Shown: positions 30,777 to 42,190, numbered from the stretch's first letter. The stretch: 64,000 nt of DNA from Candidatus Thorarchaeota archaeon (GCA_963726195.1 CAVSBO010000003.1:64001-128000); one strand, 5' to 3'. A program made the numbers and translations. Notes: generated by a model not told the origin, from the sequence alone.

Positions 30777-31982
30777 CTAGAAGTCTTCTGTTAGATGAGG
30801 CAGCTGCTTGGGAAACCAGCTACGCAAGAGCTGGATATGATCTTCAGAGCCTGATTTCAGCCAACCGTAGTCCACAAGATCATTCGGGTCAAGCGAACCG
30901 TAGCAAAGAGCCGTTAATCCCTCGATACTTAGTTCGGTTCTTGTTGAAGTGTTCCCTGCCTGCGTCGCCGTCAAAACGCGGCCATCACACTCAATCTGGA
31001 ACGTTTGACTGTTCCACGAGCATTGTGCGTCTCTTACTTTGACCGCGATTCGTCCTTTCTGGCTCGCTGGCAAACCGTGAAGGCACTTTTCGACATCTAT
31101 GATTCTTGCCATGGGTGTGTGCGTTGACCTGACCAGCACTGCCTTTTTCGTGAAGTTCTCAACCCAGAGATAGTAATCTTCGTCTCTTGGACTAAGTGGA
31201 ATCCGAACAACCACAAGCTGATCAGAGTGAAGGTAAATGTAGTTGAACAGGGCAGCCCGAGCATTTCGATTCAGCCAGTATGCTTCTATGATGCTCATTG
31301 TACCTGGCTTGTCTGGGGTCCAGATTTCTCCGTAGCCTTGGGCCTTGTACCACATGCCTGCCTCAGGCTCACCATTCGGACCGTATACAACTGCTATTTC
31401 GTCCTTGTTTAGTATCTCGAGCTCCTGCCAACGTCTGTCGTCTCTGCGAACTCCTCCGTGAATCAATTGCACGGCCTTTTCATGGACTCTCCTGTACTCT
31501 TTGACCCCGGGTGAAAAGGCCAACCTTTCGACGCGATAACCGCTCGGCAGGGTCCATCTGGAAAACATGGAAGGATCCGCTTCGAGTCTCCTGTTCGGCG
31601 GGAGAGTAACATAGCCGAATCTTGCATAGAACGAGTTCTTGAATGGCCACAGCGTGCTCGTCGCCATCCCATCCTTCTGCATCGATTCCATAACTTGGCC
31701 AAGCAGGGTTCTTATCTGCCCTCGACGTCGGGCCTCGGGTGCGCTAGCGACATCCCCGATGCAACCCATCAGTTTCCACGCCCCACGGATATTCTGTTCA
31801 AGATGGTAAACATGCAACGCCGCAGTTACTCGACCGTTCTCTTCTACAACATGAGACTGGTCATATCCGAATTCCACAATTTTCTGCGATAATGCCAATT
31901 TGGTTTCAGACTGGCCATATGCATATCGCGATAGCTCGACTATTGCACTGATGTCGTCCGCCGTTGCTCGTCTCACTTTCAA
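30777..31982 (-). CDS. Eis-like GNAT acetyltransferase with SCP2-like C-terminus
   Basis: VASAPEARRRG, LWPF..FYARFGY, MARIIDV, WN. Confidence 0.85.
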   Translation of the reverse strand: MKVRRATADDISAIVELSRYAYGQSETKLALSQKIVEFGYDQSHVVEENGRVTAALHVYHLEQNIRGAWKLMGCIGDVASAPEARRRGQIRTLLGQVMESMQKDGMATSTLWPFKNSFYARFGYVTLPPNRRLEADPSMFSRWTLPSGYRVERLAFSPGVKEYRRVHEKAVQLIHGGVRRDDRRWQELEILNKDEIAVVYGPNGEPEAGMWYKAQGYGEIWTPDKPGTMSIIEAYWLNRNARAALFNYIYLHSDQLVVVRIPLSPRDEDYYLWVENFTKKAVLVRSTHTPMARIIDVEKCLHGLPASQKGRIAVKVRDAQCSWNSQTFQIECDGRVLTATQAGNTSTRTELSIEGLTALCYGSLDPNDLVDYGWLKSGSEDHIQLLRSWFPKQLPHLTEDF

Positions 31983-32187
31983 GACCCATCGCCCCTTCCT
32001 TGCATATTGCTGTCCTGCTCTAAAGCATGACTGTCAAAACCGATTGTGGCATCACGTTCAACCGATTTTGCTCGACTGCCAATCAGGCTGAAACGGATAC
32101 TTGTGCCCTCTCCATTGCCAAACAAAAAGCCTATTCCAGAATAATGCTAATATATGCGTGACAATCCTGGACCATGGAGAAGGGTTG

Positions 32188-32547
32188 GTGGGAAATGGCA
32201 TTAGTAACAACTTTCAGTACGGAATCAGTTTGGAAAGTGGGGTGTCAGGTTATCTGCTGTACAATAACTGGCTTGGTTCCAATGGCATAAATGCACGGGA
32301 CGATGGCTTGGGGAACAGCTGGGATAACAGTGCAGGAGTTGGCAATTACTAGAGCGACTACTCGGGTCTTGGCGATTACACAGTTGCAGGCACTGGAGGG
32401 AGTGCGGACCACTATCCCAACGGCACGATCCTTACATCTCCCTCGGGTCTGTATCAGCTTAGTCTCACGCTGTGGCTTTTGTTGTCGGTGGCCGTCCTCG
32501 GCATACCTGTGTTTTTCATCATTCGGACAAAACGAATTCAATTGTGA
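32188..32547 (+). pseudogene. Truncated remnant of a NosD/CASH beta-helix surface protein
   Basis: NARDDGLGNSWD...GNY*SDYSG..GSADHYP plus TM. In-frame TAG at 32350 replaces the Trp seen in the neighbour's GNAWQDY. 5' part missing. Confidence 0.6.
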
Positions 32548-32791
32548 GAGAGCAGACTGTGGACACGGGTCGTCAGTCCTCGGACAAGCCCCCCACTCTT
32601 GAGGGCTTGTGGTCCTTAGTACGAGACCACATCGCTTCTTCGGTCTCCGCGGTCGGGTGGTTCCTACGTCTACTCTCACCGGAACGGATAAGAGAGTTGA
32701 TTGTAATCACAAATCATTGATTGTGTTTGGTCGCCGCCTTGAATGAGCTGACTCGCCTTTTTGACGGCGGCCCGGGGATGGCGGTCAGCGA

Positions 32792-34541
32792 TTGTGGAGG
32801 CGTCACGTCGTGGGTAGGTTTGTTGTTGGAATTGTCGTCTTGGCACTCCTGTTCAATAGTGCTGGTGCAGCATACGCCACAAGGAATGGCTGGCACACGA
32901 TTGTGCAGGTCTATCAGTCGCACGCGCGGATAGAGATACACGGCAATAGTGATTTCGCAGGTCAGGCGTCTGCTGGTGGTTGGCCCGGAACCGGATCTCA
33001 GTCTAACCCATACATCATCCAAGGGTACAGCATAACTTCCGATTGGTCCAGTTGTATCGAGATCTGGGGCACAACCGTCTACTTCAGAATCCTAAACTGC
33101 CTTCTGACCATAACAAGCGACTCAGGTACATGCATCAGCATGTACTCCTTGATGAACGGATTGATAGAGCATTGCACGCTCATTTCTTCAGGCGCCGGTA
33201 TCGACGTCTATTCATTGCAGAATTGCGTCGTCCGGAACAACGTAGTGCAGGGTTCCAGAGTGGCTGTGTATCTCTCCACATGTTCGTCATGCACTTTCGA
33301 GAACAACGTGTTCAAGGATGGTGGGATTGCACTTTGGCCTATGGATCCTAGTGAGCTGACAAAACAGCTTTGTGAACAACACTGTTATGGGAAGAGCCCT
33401 CCGGTACTGTCTGAATGTCACAGGTGCGACCATATACGCCGCGGACTGCGGTCAGATTATTCTTGCAGGATGTACTGACGTCGTTGTCAAGAACGGCGTC
33501 TTCCTCAGCCTCGAGATGGGCTGTTCCATACTCTTCTCCACGCACTGCACGCTAGAGCATTGTCTGCTCTACGACAGTGACTTCGGTGTCCACATCATGT
33601 ATTCAAATGACACCCGCCTCCTTGATAGCAGGATTACCAAGAGCAACTACATGGGTGTTCTGATCAACTGCTCTGCTGGCTGCCTAATCGACGGCAACCG
33701 GATAGACTCCACCACTGGCAGCGGCATTGAGGGCTCTGAGTCGTCGGACTTATGCGTGAGCAACAACGTCATCTACAACAACTCGGAAGGCATACGACTA
33801 TACGCGACACATGGAGGCATGATTGCTAACAATAGTCTTCTTTCGGAATGGGGATGCCCCATCGAGCTGGTAACAGCGGTAGTGGGGCTTAGGCTCTTCA
33901 ACAATTCGATGAGTTCGACCACCCATTCGAATGCAACTGACAATGGAATCGCGAATGCGTGGGATGATGGCACAAGCTTAGGGAACGCGTGGCAGGACTA
34001 CGCAGGGTCGGGTCTGTACAACGTTTCCGGCACGGCAGGCAGCGTCGACCACTTCCCTCGGCACCTCAACCAGACCGAGATTGCTATGAGTCCGTGGATA
34101 AGCAGTCCATCAGACGTTTTCTACTATGGCACCACCGGAAACAGAATCAGTTGGTATGTCCAAGTCGATGGCCTTGGATCCTTCAAGGTCTTCAGAAACA
34201 ATGAGAAGGATGCTGTCCTATCGGGTCAGCTTGGTGAACCGTATCTCGACGTGGTGACCGTAAATGTCGATGGTTTGGCACCAATGGATGTGGCCTATAC
34301 GTTCACGCTGGTTGCGACGGACTCTCACGGCAGGCCCGTGACCGACACGGTCTATGTGTTCTCTCTTGGATCCACGACCGGCATTACGACTTCAAACATC
34401 ACCACTAATTCCACCAACAGCGGATTCGGGTCTCTATCTCAGATAAGTGGCGTGATCACGGCTGCCTCTGTCGCTGTAATAGTCGTTGTATCGATCTTAA
34501 TCTTCCGTGCAAGACCTAACGTCCGGCAAACGGTGGGCTAG
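32792..34541 (+). CDS. NosD/CASH right-handed beta-helix surface protein with C-terminal TM (frameshift ~33362)
   Basis: Signal peptide, GWPGTGSQSNPYII, PbH1-type repeats, GNAWQDY..DHFP, Ig-like segment, Thr/Ser linker, TM. Confidence 0.8.
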
Positions 34542-34784
34542 GCGAACGTGATTCCTGGATGCTCTTTCATCGGGAACTCAACTATCATCATCTCAGACCA
34601 TAGACCGGTGTTGGCGAGAGGACTTCAGGCATGACTGACGCCCGATTCATTGTTCCACATCAGTGTTTCTCATGATTCGGACAAGACGATCTCAATAGGC
34701 AGAGAACGTATTGTAGATACCGAATTTCCTCTACTCGGGAAGTCGTCCGTAAGAGTGTGCCCATGGCCAATTGGTCAAGTAGAA

Positions 34785-36971
34785 TTACTTCCAAGCTGAG
34801 TCGTTCTTGGGCAGAGTCTCTTTCTGTGGCTCGGTTCTTTCGAACTTGGAGACGAGCTTGACGACGGATGGGAAGTCAATTCCCAATGCCTTGACCTTGT
34901 CTAAGGTGGGCACACCATTCCTGGTCCAGCCACGTCTCTTGTAAGCGGCGTCAGTGAGAAGCTTGTATTGTTCCTCTCTGTACTCTCTGAGTCTCTTTCG
35001 CTTGTCGCTGGTACCTATGCCTGCTGGGTCGGTTCCGACTTGCTCCTTGAGTTGCCTGTCGTATCTCTCCTGTCTGCTTTCGTACTCCCAATCCGTCACA
35101 GGGCCCATGCTTCGGTAGGGGGTATTAGAGTCATCCGCTCTTAGACCATGACCTTGACGGAGATTGAAGACTCTCTGCAGGTTGTACACACGCTCTGACT
35201 GAGTGATTAGGTCAGCACCAGTTACTTCCTTTCCAGTCATCGCCTTGAAGAACCTCGTATAGAATGCCACATGACCCGGAACCTTTGCCGGTTCTGAGGT
35301 CTGTTTGTTATCGGCCGGAACAACATCATTCCAAGGCAGCTTGCAGAGTCCGTTAAGGCCGAACCACGTTCTCCACATGGGGAAGTAGTGAAGTGCCTCA
35401 GCCTTCTTCTCGAAAGTCGGGAGATACTTATGGACTTGGTCCATGAATATGAGCCATGCCTCATCGTGCTGAGGCCCCTTGAGCGCGAGCCCGTATCCTC
35501 CCTGCTGAGCAAGGCTCTCCTTAGTGACATACTCGCTGTACTCGAGACCTTTGTGTTCCATGCCGATGTCTTGCATGAGTGACTTGTCGACCTTAAACTT
35601 GTCAGCAAAGTAGCTCTTCAGGTATCGGATGCCCTTGCCGAAATGCTGACCGCCAAAGCCCTCTCCACTTCCTATCTCGTGGAGCACTGACAAGACTTCG
35701 GCCACTGCTCCCCACTTGAGCTTGTGTCCACCCGTTGCTTTGTCGGTTATTTGACCGCCCTCGAACAGTTCCATGACGAAGCCCATGGTTGTGCCAAAGG
35801 AAATCGTGTCGATGCCGTAAGTATCGCAGTAGAAGTTGATCTCTGCGACGTCTCTTGCGTTGAAGATTGCAAGGTTGGAACCACAGCCAGCGATTGTCTC
35901 ATACTCTGGACCGTCAACTGTCACAGTTTTGCCCTTGAAGGGGCCCGTCGTTGGTACGAAACCCTCTATGCAGTGCGAGCAGTTGATAGCGCAGGAGATC
36001 CAGCACCCATCCCAACCCTTGCCTGTGTTGGTGTACATCTTCTCCCAAACATCGCCAGATAGACCCTTGGCTTCAGGGTCGCTGCCGGACCTGAAGTTAC
36101 GCGTTGGAAACAGATCGAACTCATTCATTATCGAAGGCAGGTGACCAGTGCCGATAACACGCATTCGGTTTTGCTTGGAGTCTAGTTCAATAATCTCTTG
36201 GCTGTGTTCCCTTCCGACAGCCTTCAGTGCTTCGGGGTCCGCAGGCCCATTCATGTCAGGAGTCATCTTGGCTTTCTTGACAACCAGAGCCTTGATCTTC
36301 TTGTCCCTGAACACGGTTCCCGCGCCTCCCCTGCCCGCCTGCTTGTAGTGAGGCTGTTTTCGCCATGTGTCATACCATGAGAAATCCAGGCAGCCCATCA
36401 GGGCGTGTTCTGCGCCAGGACCCGTGGTGACCACAGATATGTCCATGCCCGTCTTGGCTGTGTGACGTTCAGTGAGAAGCTTTGTCGTCATATGAGCGTA
36501 TTTGGGCAAGTCGGTTCCGTCAAGTATCTGGATCTTACCTTCATCGCCGTCAATGAACACATACACATCATTCTGACTCTTGCCTTGTATCTCCAAGGCA
36601 TCAAAGCCTGCAAACTTCAGGATGGGCCCGAAATACCCACCAACATTACTATCAATGATCAGGCCGGTCTGTGGTGATATGGTTGTGACAAGCGACTTAC
36701 CCGCCCCAGGATAGAGGGGCAAACCACCGAGAGGACCTGACGCGATGCAAATCTCATTCTCAGGGTCATTCCACTTGACAACCTTGTCCATCGGCAGGCT
36801 GTTCCACATGAGCCACAGGTCGAAGCCCTTGCCTCCTGTGAAGGTGTCCTTCATCTTTTGATCGACAGGCTTGACTGCAATGGCGTTCTTGCTGAGGTCG
36901 ATGTAAAGTGTCTGCCCTGCATATCCTTTGTTCACAGCCGGAATCTTGTAAGAGAACTCTTTCAGCACCAT
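34785..36971 (-). CDS. aor: Aldehyde:ferredoxin oxidoreductase family (tungstopterin)
   Basis: DSNVGG, AGRGG, CWISCAINC, GPEYETI, CDTYGIDTIS, GLCK. Confidence 0.9.
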   Translation of the reverse strand: MVLKEFSYKIPAVNKGYAGQTLYIDLSKNAIAVKPVDQKMKDTFTGGKGFDLWLMWNSLPMDKVVKWNDPENEICIASGPLGGLPLYPGAGKSLVTTISPQTGLIIDSNVGGYFGPILKFAGFDALEIQGKSQNDVYVFIDGDEGKIQILDGTDLPKYAHMTTKLLTERHTAKTGMDISVVTTGPGAEHALMGCLDFSWYDTWRKQPHYKQAGRGGAGTVFRDKKIKALVVKKAKMTPDMNGPADPEALKAVGREHSQEIIELDSKQNRMRVIGTGHLPSIMNEFDLFPTRNFRSGSDPEAKGLSGDVWEKMYTNTGKGWDGCWISCAINCSHCIEGFVPTTGPFKGKTVTVDGPEYETIAGCGSNLAIFNARDVAEINFYCDTYGIDTISFGTTMGFVMELFEGGQITDKATGGHKLKWGAVAEVLSVLHEIGSGEGFGGQHFGKGIRYLKSYFADKFKVDKSLMQDIGMEHKGLEYSEYVTKESLAQQGGYGLALKGPQHDEAWLIFMDQVHKYLPTFEKKAEALHYFPMWRTWFGLNGLCKLPWNDVVPADNKQTSEPAKVPGHVAFYTRFFKAMTGKEVTGADLITQSERVYNLQRVFNLRQGHGLRADDSNTPYRSMGPVTDWEYESRQERYDRQLKEQVGTDPAGIGTSDKRKRLREYREEQYKLLTDAAYKRRGWTRNGVPTLDKVKALGIDFPSVVKLVSKFERTEPQKETLPKNDSAWK

Positions 36972-37203
36972 AGTTGGTCACCGCTTCCGTTAGTCGACAA
37001 CAACGTGCGAGGGCGCGCTCTCAATGATTTGACACGGATTCGTCTCACATTTTAGTCTTCGCCTAGATGACTTGTCTCAGCGTGCACGACCTATGCCATC
37101 CGTGAGTGGCTAATTGCTTCTCTCATTTAGATATGATGGAGCTGAGAGCGGCTTTGATGGTGCGTTCGATGGTCCGCGACCAAGAGCTCACGCTAGGAGA
37201 TGC

Positions 37204-37443
37204 CTAGCCACCGTATCTCTTTCCCATCGCATAGGCGTCAGCACAGTCTTCCGACTCCATGGGAAAGAAAGCATTGTCAGCGACCTTTGAGCAGTATATC
37301 ATATGTGTGCTCGATGCCTCTTTGTAGCACTTTTTGCAGTCTTTGCGAGCGGAAAGGCTTGTCAAGGCTTCATAGAGAACGATCCCAACAATACACGTTG
37401 ATACCGATGCCACTACCCATGCGATAGCCGCAACCAAACCCAT
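37204..37443 (-). CDS. Small TM protein with CxxC...C...C (possible Zn-binding)
   Basis: N-terminal hydrophobic helix, CKKC, YC, DC. GGAGG RBS. Confidence 0.45.
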   Translation of the reverse strand: MGLVAAIAWVVASVSTCIVGIVLYEALTSLSARKDCKKCYKEASSTHMIYCSKVADNAFFPMESEDCADAYAMGKRYGG

Positions 37444-37729
37444 GGTTTGTCCTCCATCTTCAGCAGTCCTAATGAATACATATTGTATCTACGTATCTTT
37501 GCTCTTATGCGTTACCCTCTAATTGTGTCTTCGTGAAACGCAGTTCTGCAACGAAACGCTTGACAAAGGCATGTTGACAGACCTTGTCGTGTCTGTGCCT
37601 TGCCGCACCCGGCAAAGATATAATAATACCACAGGAGAACTGCCGGTCGGAATTCCGCTTCACAAATCCCTAAAACGGCTCAATTCGGATTGTTCTATGG
37701 ATTTGTCTGCTGCTAATGGGTGAAAGCGA

Positions 37730-38227
37730 ATGGAAGAGGTTCACACGCCAACATCAGCCTTTGCTCGAGAGATTGCAAGGCAACCTGGTGGAGAAGCCAT
37801 AAACAAGTGCATCCAGTGCGGCATATGCTCTGCTAGCTGTGCCGTCGCTAACGTATCAGACAAGTATCGCCCTCGTCAACTGATCCAGAAGATTCTGATT
37901 GGCGAGAGAAACGAGGTACTCAAGAGTGACCTTCCATGGCTCTGTATGACATGCAGGTTGTGTGAGGAGCGATGCCAAGAAGGCGTGAGCCCTGCTGAGA
38001 TATTCGAGGCCGTGCGACGCATCGCTGCTGAAGAGGGACACGTGCCCGATGTGTTCAATCGGACTGCTGACATGGTCCTTCGCGATGGGTGGATGCTGAA
38101 GGACTCTTTCACTGATTTCAATCAAGATGAGCGCAATGACTTGGGCCTAGATCCGGAATTAGGATGGGACAACGAGTTTACGAAGAAAGTGAAGGTTCGT
38201 TACTTCTCAGGAGGAAAAAAGAAGTGA
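37730..38227 (+). CDS. hdrC: Heterodisulfide reductase subunit C
   Basis: CIQCGICSASC; WLCMTCRLCEERC. Confidence 0.9.
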   Translation: MEEVHTPTSAFAREIARQPGGEAINKCIQCGICSASCAVANVSDKYRPRQLIQKILIGERNEVLKSDLPWLCMTCRLCEERCQEGVSPAEIFEAVRRIAAEEGHVPDVFNRTADMVLRDGWMLKDSFTDFNQDERNDLGLDPELGWDNEFTKKVKVRYFSGGKKK

Positions 38228-39105
38228 AGGAGTACATCCTGTATACGGGATGCACCACACCTGTCAGGCATCCAGGGTACGAAGCTGCCACGAGGGCCGT
38301 GCTTGAGAAGCTGGGTGTGCACCTTGTCACCGTGAAAGGGATGAACTGCTGCGGAGCGCAGTACATCGAGTCCCTAAACAGAATGGCCTTTGCCGCGATG
38401 GGCGGACGCATCCTCGCTCTCGCTGAACGCGAAGGCAAAGACATTCTGGCGATATGCGGTGCGTGTTCGGGTTCTTTGAAGCACAACAAGCACCTTCTTG
38501 ATACAGATAAGAAAGTCAGGGACGAAGTGAACTCGCTTCTGGCAAGTGAGGGGCTCAAGTACACGGGAAAGGTTGACGTCAAACATCTCTTGCAGGTCAT
38601 GAGAGACGATATTGGTTATGATAAAATCAAGGCCGCAACTGTGAGACCGTACACGGGCATTCGTCTTGCCGCTCACTATGGGTGTCACGTCACGAGACCC
38701 TACGACATAGTGAAGGTTGATGACCCCGAGAACCCGACCGTCATAGACAAAATCATCGAAGCGGTCGGCGCTACACCAGTTGACTACCCGGGCAAGACAA
38801 GATGCTGCGGCGGACCCTTGCTAGCAATGGACCAAGATCTGGCTGGCAAGATCGGTATGGAGAAGATAAGGAACGTTAGGTCCGTCGGAGCCCAAGGCAT
38901 CGTTACGGCATGTGTGTTCTGTGATATTCAGCTCACCCAAGTGCAATTCGGAGAAGACATTCAGCCTGAGGAACGCATTCCGGTTATCACACTTCCACAA
39001 TTCATGGGCCCGGCGCTTGGAATAGGTGACCAGGCACTAGGCCTCTACCTCACGAAGATAAGCCCTGATCATATTCTTGAAGCATTGCAGGAGGCAAAAA
39101 CGTGA
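38224..39105 (+). CDS. hdrB: Heterodisulfide reductase subunit B
   Basis: YTGC, CCG, CGAC, HYGCH, CCGG, CVFC (two CCG domains). Confidence 0.92.
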   Translation: MKEYILYTGCTTPVRHPGYEAATRAVLEKLGVHLVTVKGMNCCGAQYIESLNRMAFAAMGGRILALAEREGKDILAICGACSGSLKHNKHLLDTDKKVRDEVNSLLASEGLKYTGKVDVKHLLQVMRDDIGYDKIKAATVRPYTGIRLAAHYGCHVTRPYDIVKVDDPENPTVIDKIIEAVGATPVDYPGKTRCCGGPLLAMDQDLAGKIGMEKIRNVRSVGAQGIVTACVFCDIQLTQVQFGEDIQPEERIPVITLPQFMGPALGIGDQALGLYLTKISPDHILEALQEAKT

Positions 39106-40442
39106 GCAAGACCGCAGGAAAGAAATCATCTTCCTCAACGAAATCCAAGGGGTCTCAGAATGCTCTGGTAATAGGCGGCGGTGTCGCAGGAATGCAGGCA
39201 TCGCTAGACTTAGCAAATCAGGGATTCAAGGTCTACTTGGTAGAGAAGTCACCATCCATAGGCGGACGGATGGCAATGCTGGACAAGACATTTCCCACCT
39301 TGGATTGCTCGGCTTGCATTTTGACTCCCAGATTGAGCGAAGTCACTCATCATCCTAACATCAAGCTGCTGACCTATTCAGAAGTAGAGTCAATCAGCGG
39401 CACTGCTGGCAGTTTCAAGGTGAAAGTGCTAAGAAAGGCGCGGTTTGTTCGAGAGGACAAGTGTTCAGGTTGCGCTGCATGTTTTGCTGAGTGTCCAGTC
39501 GAAGCACCAAACGAATTCGATTGGGGAATAGGATTCAGGAAGGCGATTTACATTTCATTCCCACAGGCAACACCGAACATATCTACAGTGGACAAGGCAA
39601 CTTGTATCAAGTGCAACCGTTGTGTCAAGGTATGCGAACGAGAAGCAATAGACCTGAACATGACGGACGAATACGTTGATCTCGATGTCGGTGCGATTGT
39701 TGTTGCCACTGGCTATCGCCTATTTGATGTCGTTGCATACCCACGGCTGGGTTATGGCAAGTATGCCAATGTCATTCATGCAATGGAGTTCGAGCGACTA
39801 ATCAATGCTGCAGGCCCCACAGGCGGCCATCTGATTAGACTGAGTGACGGAAAGATACCCAAGAGCGTTGGATTTGTCCAGTGCGTCGGCGCCAGAGACG
39901 TGAACAAAGGTGTGCCGTTCTGTTCGAGGGTGTGCTGTATGTACGGCATCAAGAACGCAGTGATGACAAAGGAGCACTATCCTGATACTGATGTCACCGT
40001 ATACTATGCAGACATCAGAGCTTTCGGGAAGGGATTCGAAGAATTCTATGAGACTGCACAGAGTCGGTTTGGAGTCAAGTTCATGAAGGGAAGGGTCGGT
40101 GAGGTGGCCGAGAACCCAACGAGCGAGGATTTGGTAGTTCGGGTGGAGGATGTCTTACATCACAAAGTGATGCAGGTACAGCATGACCTTGTCGTTCTGT
40201 GTCCAGGGCTTCAGCCGCCGAAGGACTTGGAAAGTCTTGCCAACCAACTGGGAGTTGACCTCAGCGAGGAGGGTTACATTGAGGCTCAGAACGTATTTTC
40301 AGGCCCAGTGGATACGAAGATTCCAGGCGTCTACGTATGTGGTTGCGCTGACGGTCCTAAGGATATCCCCGATTCAGTAACAGCAGGAAGTGCTGCGGCC
40401 ATGAGAACTAGCATAGTACTCGCAAAAGGAGGCGCCGCGTAA
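39102..40442 (+). CDS. hdrA: Heterodisulfide reductase subunit A-like, FAD + central ferredoxin part
   Basis: GGGVAG, LDKTFPTLDCSACIL, 2x[4Fe-4S], CSRVCC, GPKDIP. Confidence 0.9.
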   Translation: MSKTAGKKSSSSTKSKGSQNALVIGGGVAGMQASLDLANQGFKVYLVEKSPSIGGRMAMLDKTFPTLDCSACILTPRLSEVTHHPNIKLLTYSEVESISGTAGSFKVKVLRKARFVREDKCSGCAACFAECPVEAPNEFDWGIGFRKAIYISFPQATPNISTVDKATCIKCNRCVKVCEREAIDLNMTDEYVDLDVGAIVVATGYRLFDVVAYPRLGYGKYANVIHAMEFERLINAAGPTGGHLIRLSDGKIPKSVGFVQCVGARDVNKGVPFCSRVCCMYGIKNAVMTKEHYPDTDVTVYYADIRAFGKGFEEFYETAQSRFGVKFMKGRVGEVAENPTSEDLVVRVEDVLHHKVMQVQHDLVVLCPGLQPPKDLESLANQLGVDLSEEGYIEAQNVFSGPVDTKIPGVYVCGCADGPKDIPDSVTAGSAAAMRTSIVLAKGGAA

Positions 40443-42190
40443 TGGCTACCAAGCAAACTCCTAGGATTGGAGTCTTTGTGTGTCACTGCGGGCACAACAT
40501 CGCTGGAGTCGTGGACGTGGCACGAGTGGCCAAGTCGGCGGAGACCTTGCCAAACGTGGTATTCGCAACTCACGAGATGTTCATGTGCTCAGATTCAGGC
40601 CAGAAGCTCATTAAGGACAAGATTGCTGAGCTCAACTTGAACCGAGTCGTTGTGGCCAGCTGCTCGCCGAGAATGCACGAGCCTACGTTCAGACGAGCCG
40701 TTGAGGAAGGAGGTTTGAACCGATATCTCTTCGAGCAGGTCAATCTCAGAGAGCACGTTTCATGGTGTCACATGCGCGAGCCCGAGGCGGCCACGAAAAA
40801 GGCGATAGATCTTGTTCGCATGTCTGTAACTCGTGCTGCCAAACTCGAGAGCTTGCCTATCAAGAGTGTGAAAGTCACTCCCAGAACTCTCGTTGTCGGT
40901 GGCGGGATTGCGGGCCTAACCGCCTCTCTCGATATAGCGGACAGAGGATTTGATGTCGTTCTCGTAGAAAAGCAGAAGGATCTGGGTGGGCACACAATCA
41001 AGTGGGATAGCCTATTCCCTACAGGAGAGAGTGGCACAGAAGTCATGAAACCCTTGATTCAGAAAGCAAAGACTCACAAGAGGATACAGGTGCTCACTGA
41101 CAGTGAGGTCACTAGCTTTGATGGATACATCGGAAACTTCGAAGCAACAATAAAGAACAAGTCGAATGGAACTAGCAAGAAGTTCGATGTCGGTGCCGTT
41201 ATCGTTACCACAGGGTTTGAACCTTTCAAACCTTCGGGCTACTTCTCATATGGTGATAGCCCTGACATCATGACACTGGCGGAATTCGAGGAACGGCCAA
41301 GGGATTCTCAGCTCTTGAAGCCGAGTGATGGTAGAACCGCCAAGAGGGTTGCATTCATCGGCTGCGTGGGATCCCGCGAACCCGGAAAGATCGGACATGA
41401 GCATTGTTCACGCTACTGCTGCACTGCCGTGTCAAAGGTGGCGGGAGACATCAGGGATAGGCTAGATGAAGTGCTGATTCTATACAAGGACATCCGCACT
41501 TATGGAAAGGGTCACGAGGAATTCTACAGACTAGCCCACGCTAAGAGTGTCATCTACTCAAGATACCCCACAGATGAGGAACCTTCCGTTAGTGTGAGAG
41601 ACGGTAAGATCGAGATTGACTGGAGAGACATCTTTGCAGACGAGCAGCTTCACTTCGAACCCGATCTCCTGATACTTGCTTCTGCCATGATGCCGCCTGA
41701 GGACATGGCGAACACTGCCAAGATGTTCAGTCTGACCCGAAGCGGTGATGGCTTCTTCAATCCTGAACACATTAAGCTGGCTCCTGTCACAACTCACACT
41801 GCAGGTATAATGATAGCAGGTGCTTCTCAGGCTGCCAAGAACGCTTCCGAATCGGTAATCGATGCAAGCGGAGCTGCAGCGAAGGCTGTTGGTCTGATGG
41901 CGAGAGGGCAGGTGGAGATTGAATCTACTGTTTCTCATGTGATTTCGGAACTGTGCTCCAGTTGTCGCACATGTGTCACGGCCTGTCCTTACGGAGCCAT
42001 TGCTATGGATGAGACCGAGAAACCTCCGGTAGCACTTGTGACAGAAGCAAAATGCCACGGTTGTGGAACCTGCGCTGCTGCGTGTCCGAGCAGTGCCATT
42101 ATCATGTATCATTCAACAGATGACCAGATTCTCACGATGGTCGAGGCGTACCTGTGTCCGCCCGTACCCGCTGAAGGAGGTGCCGCATGA
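40442..42190 (+). CDS. hdrA: Heterodisulfide reductase subunit A-like, N-terminal domain + FAD + C-terminal ferredoxin
   Basis: VCHCGHNI, CSPRMHE, GGGIAG, CSRYCC, CSSCRTCVTACP, CHGCGTCAAACP. Confidence 0.9.
   Translation: MATKQTPRIGVFVCHCGHNIAGVVDVARVAKSAETLPNVVFATHEMFMCSDSGQKLIKDKIAELNLNRVVVASCSPRMHEPTFRRAVEEGGLNRYLFEQVNLREHVSWCHMREPEAATKKAIDLVRMSVTRAAKLESLPIKSVKVTPRTLVVGGGIAGLTASLDIADRGFDVVLVEKQKDLGGHTIKWDSLFPTGESGTEVMKPLIQKAKTHKRIQVLTDSEVTSFDGYIGNFEATIKNKSNGTSKKFDVGAVIVTTGFEPFKPSGYFSYGDSPDIMTLAEFEERPRDSQLLKPSDGRTAKRVAFIGCVGSREPGKIGHEHCSRYCCTAVSKVAGDIRDRLDEVLILYKDIRTYGKGHEEFYRLAHAKSVIYSRYPTDEEPSVSVRDGKIEIDWRDIFADEQLHFEPDLLILASAMMPPEDMANTAKMFSLTRSGDGFFNPEHIKLAPVTTHTAGIMIAGASQAAKNASESVIDASGAAAKAVGLMARGQVEIESTVSHVISELCSSCRTCVTACPYGAIAMDETEKPPVALVTEAKCHGCGTCAAACPSSAIIMYHSTDDQILTMVEAYLCPPVPAEGGAA

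Noticed and set aside
32350-32352. In-frame TAG as pyrrolysine
   Set aside because: It replaces a conserved Trp (TGG to TAG, one change) in a 5'-truncated fragment, and no pyl genes are in the window.
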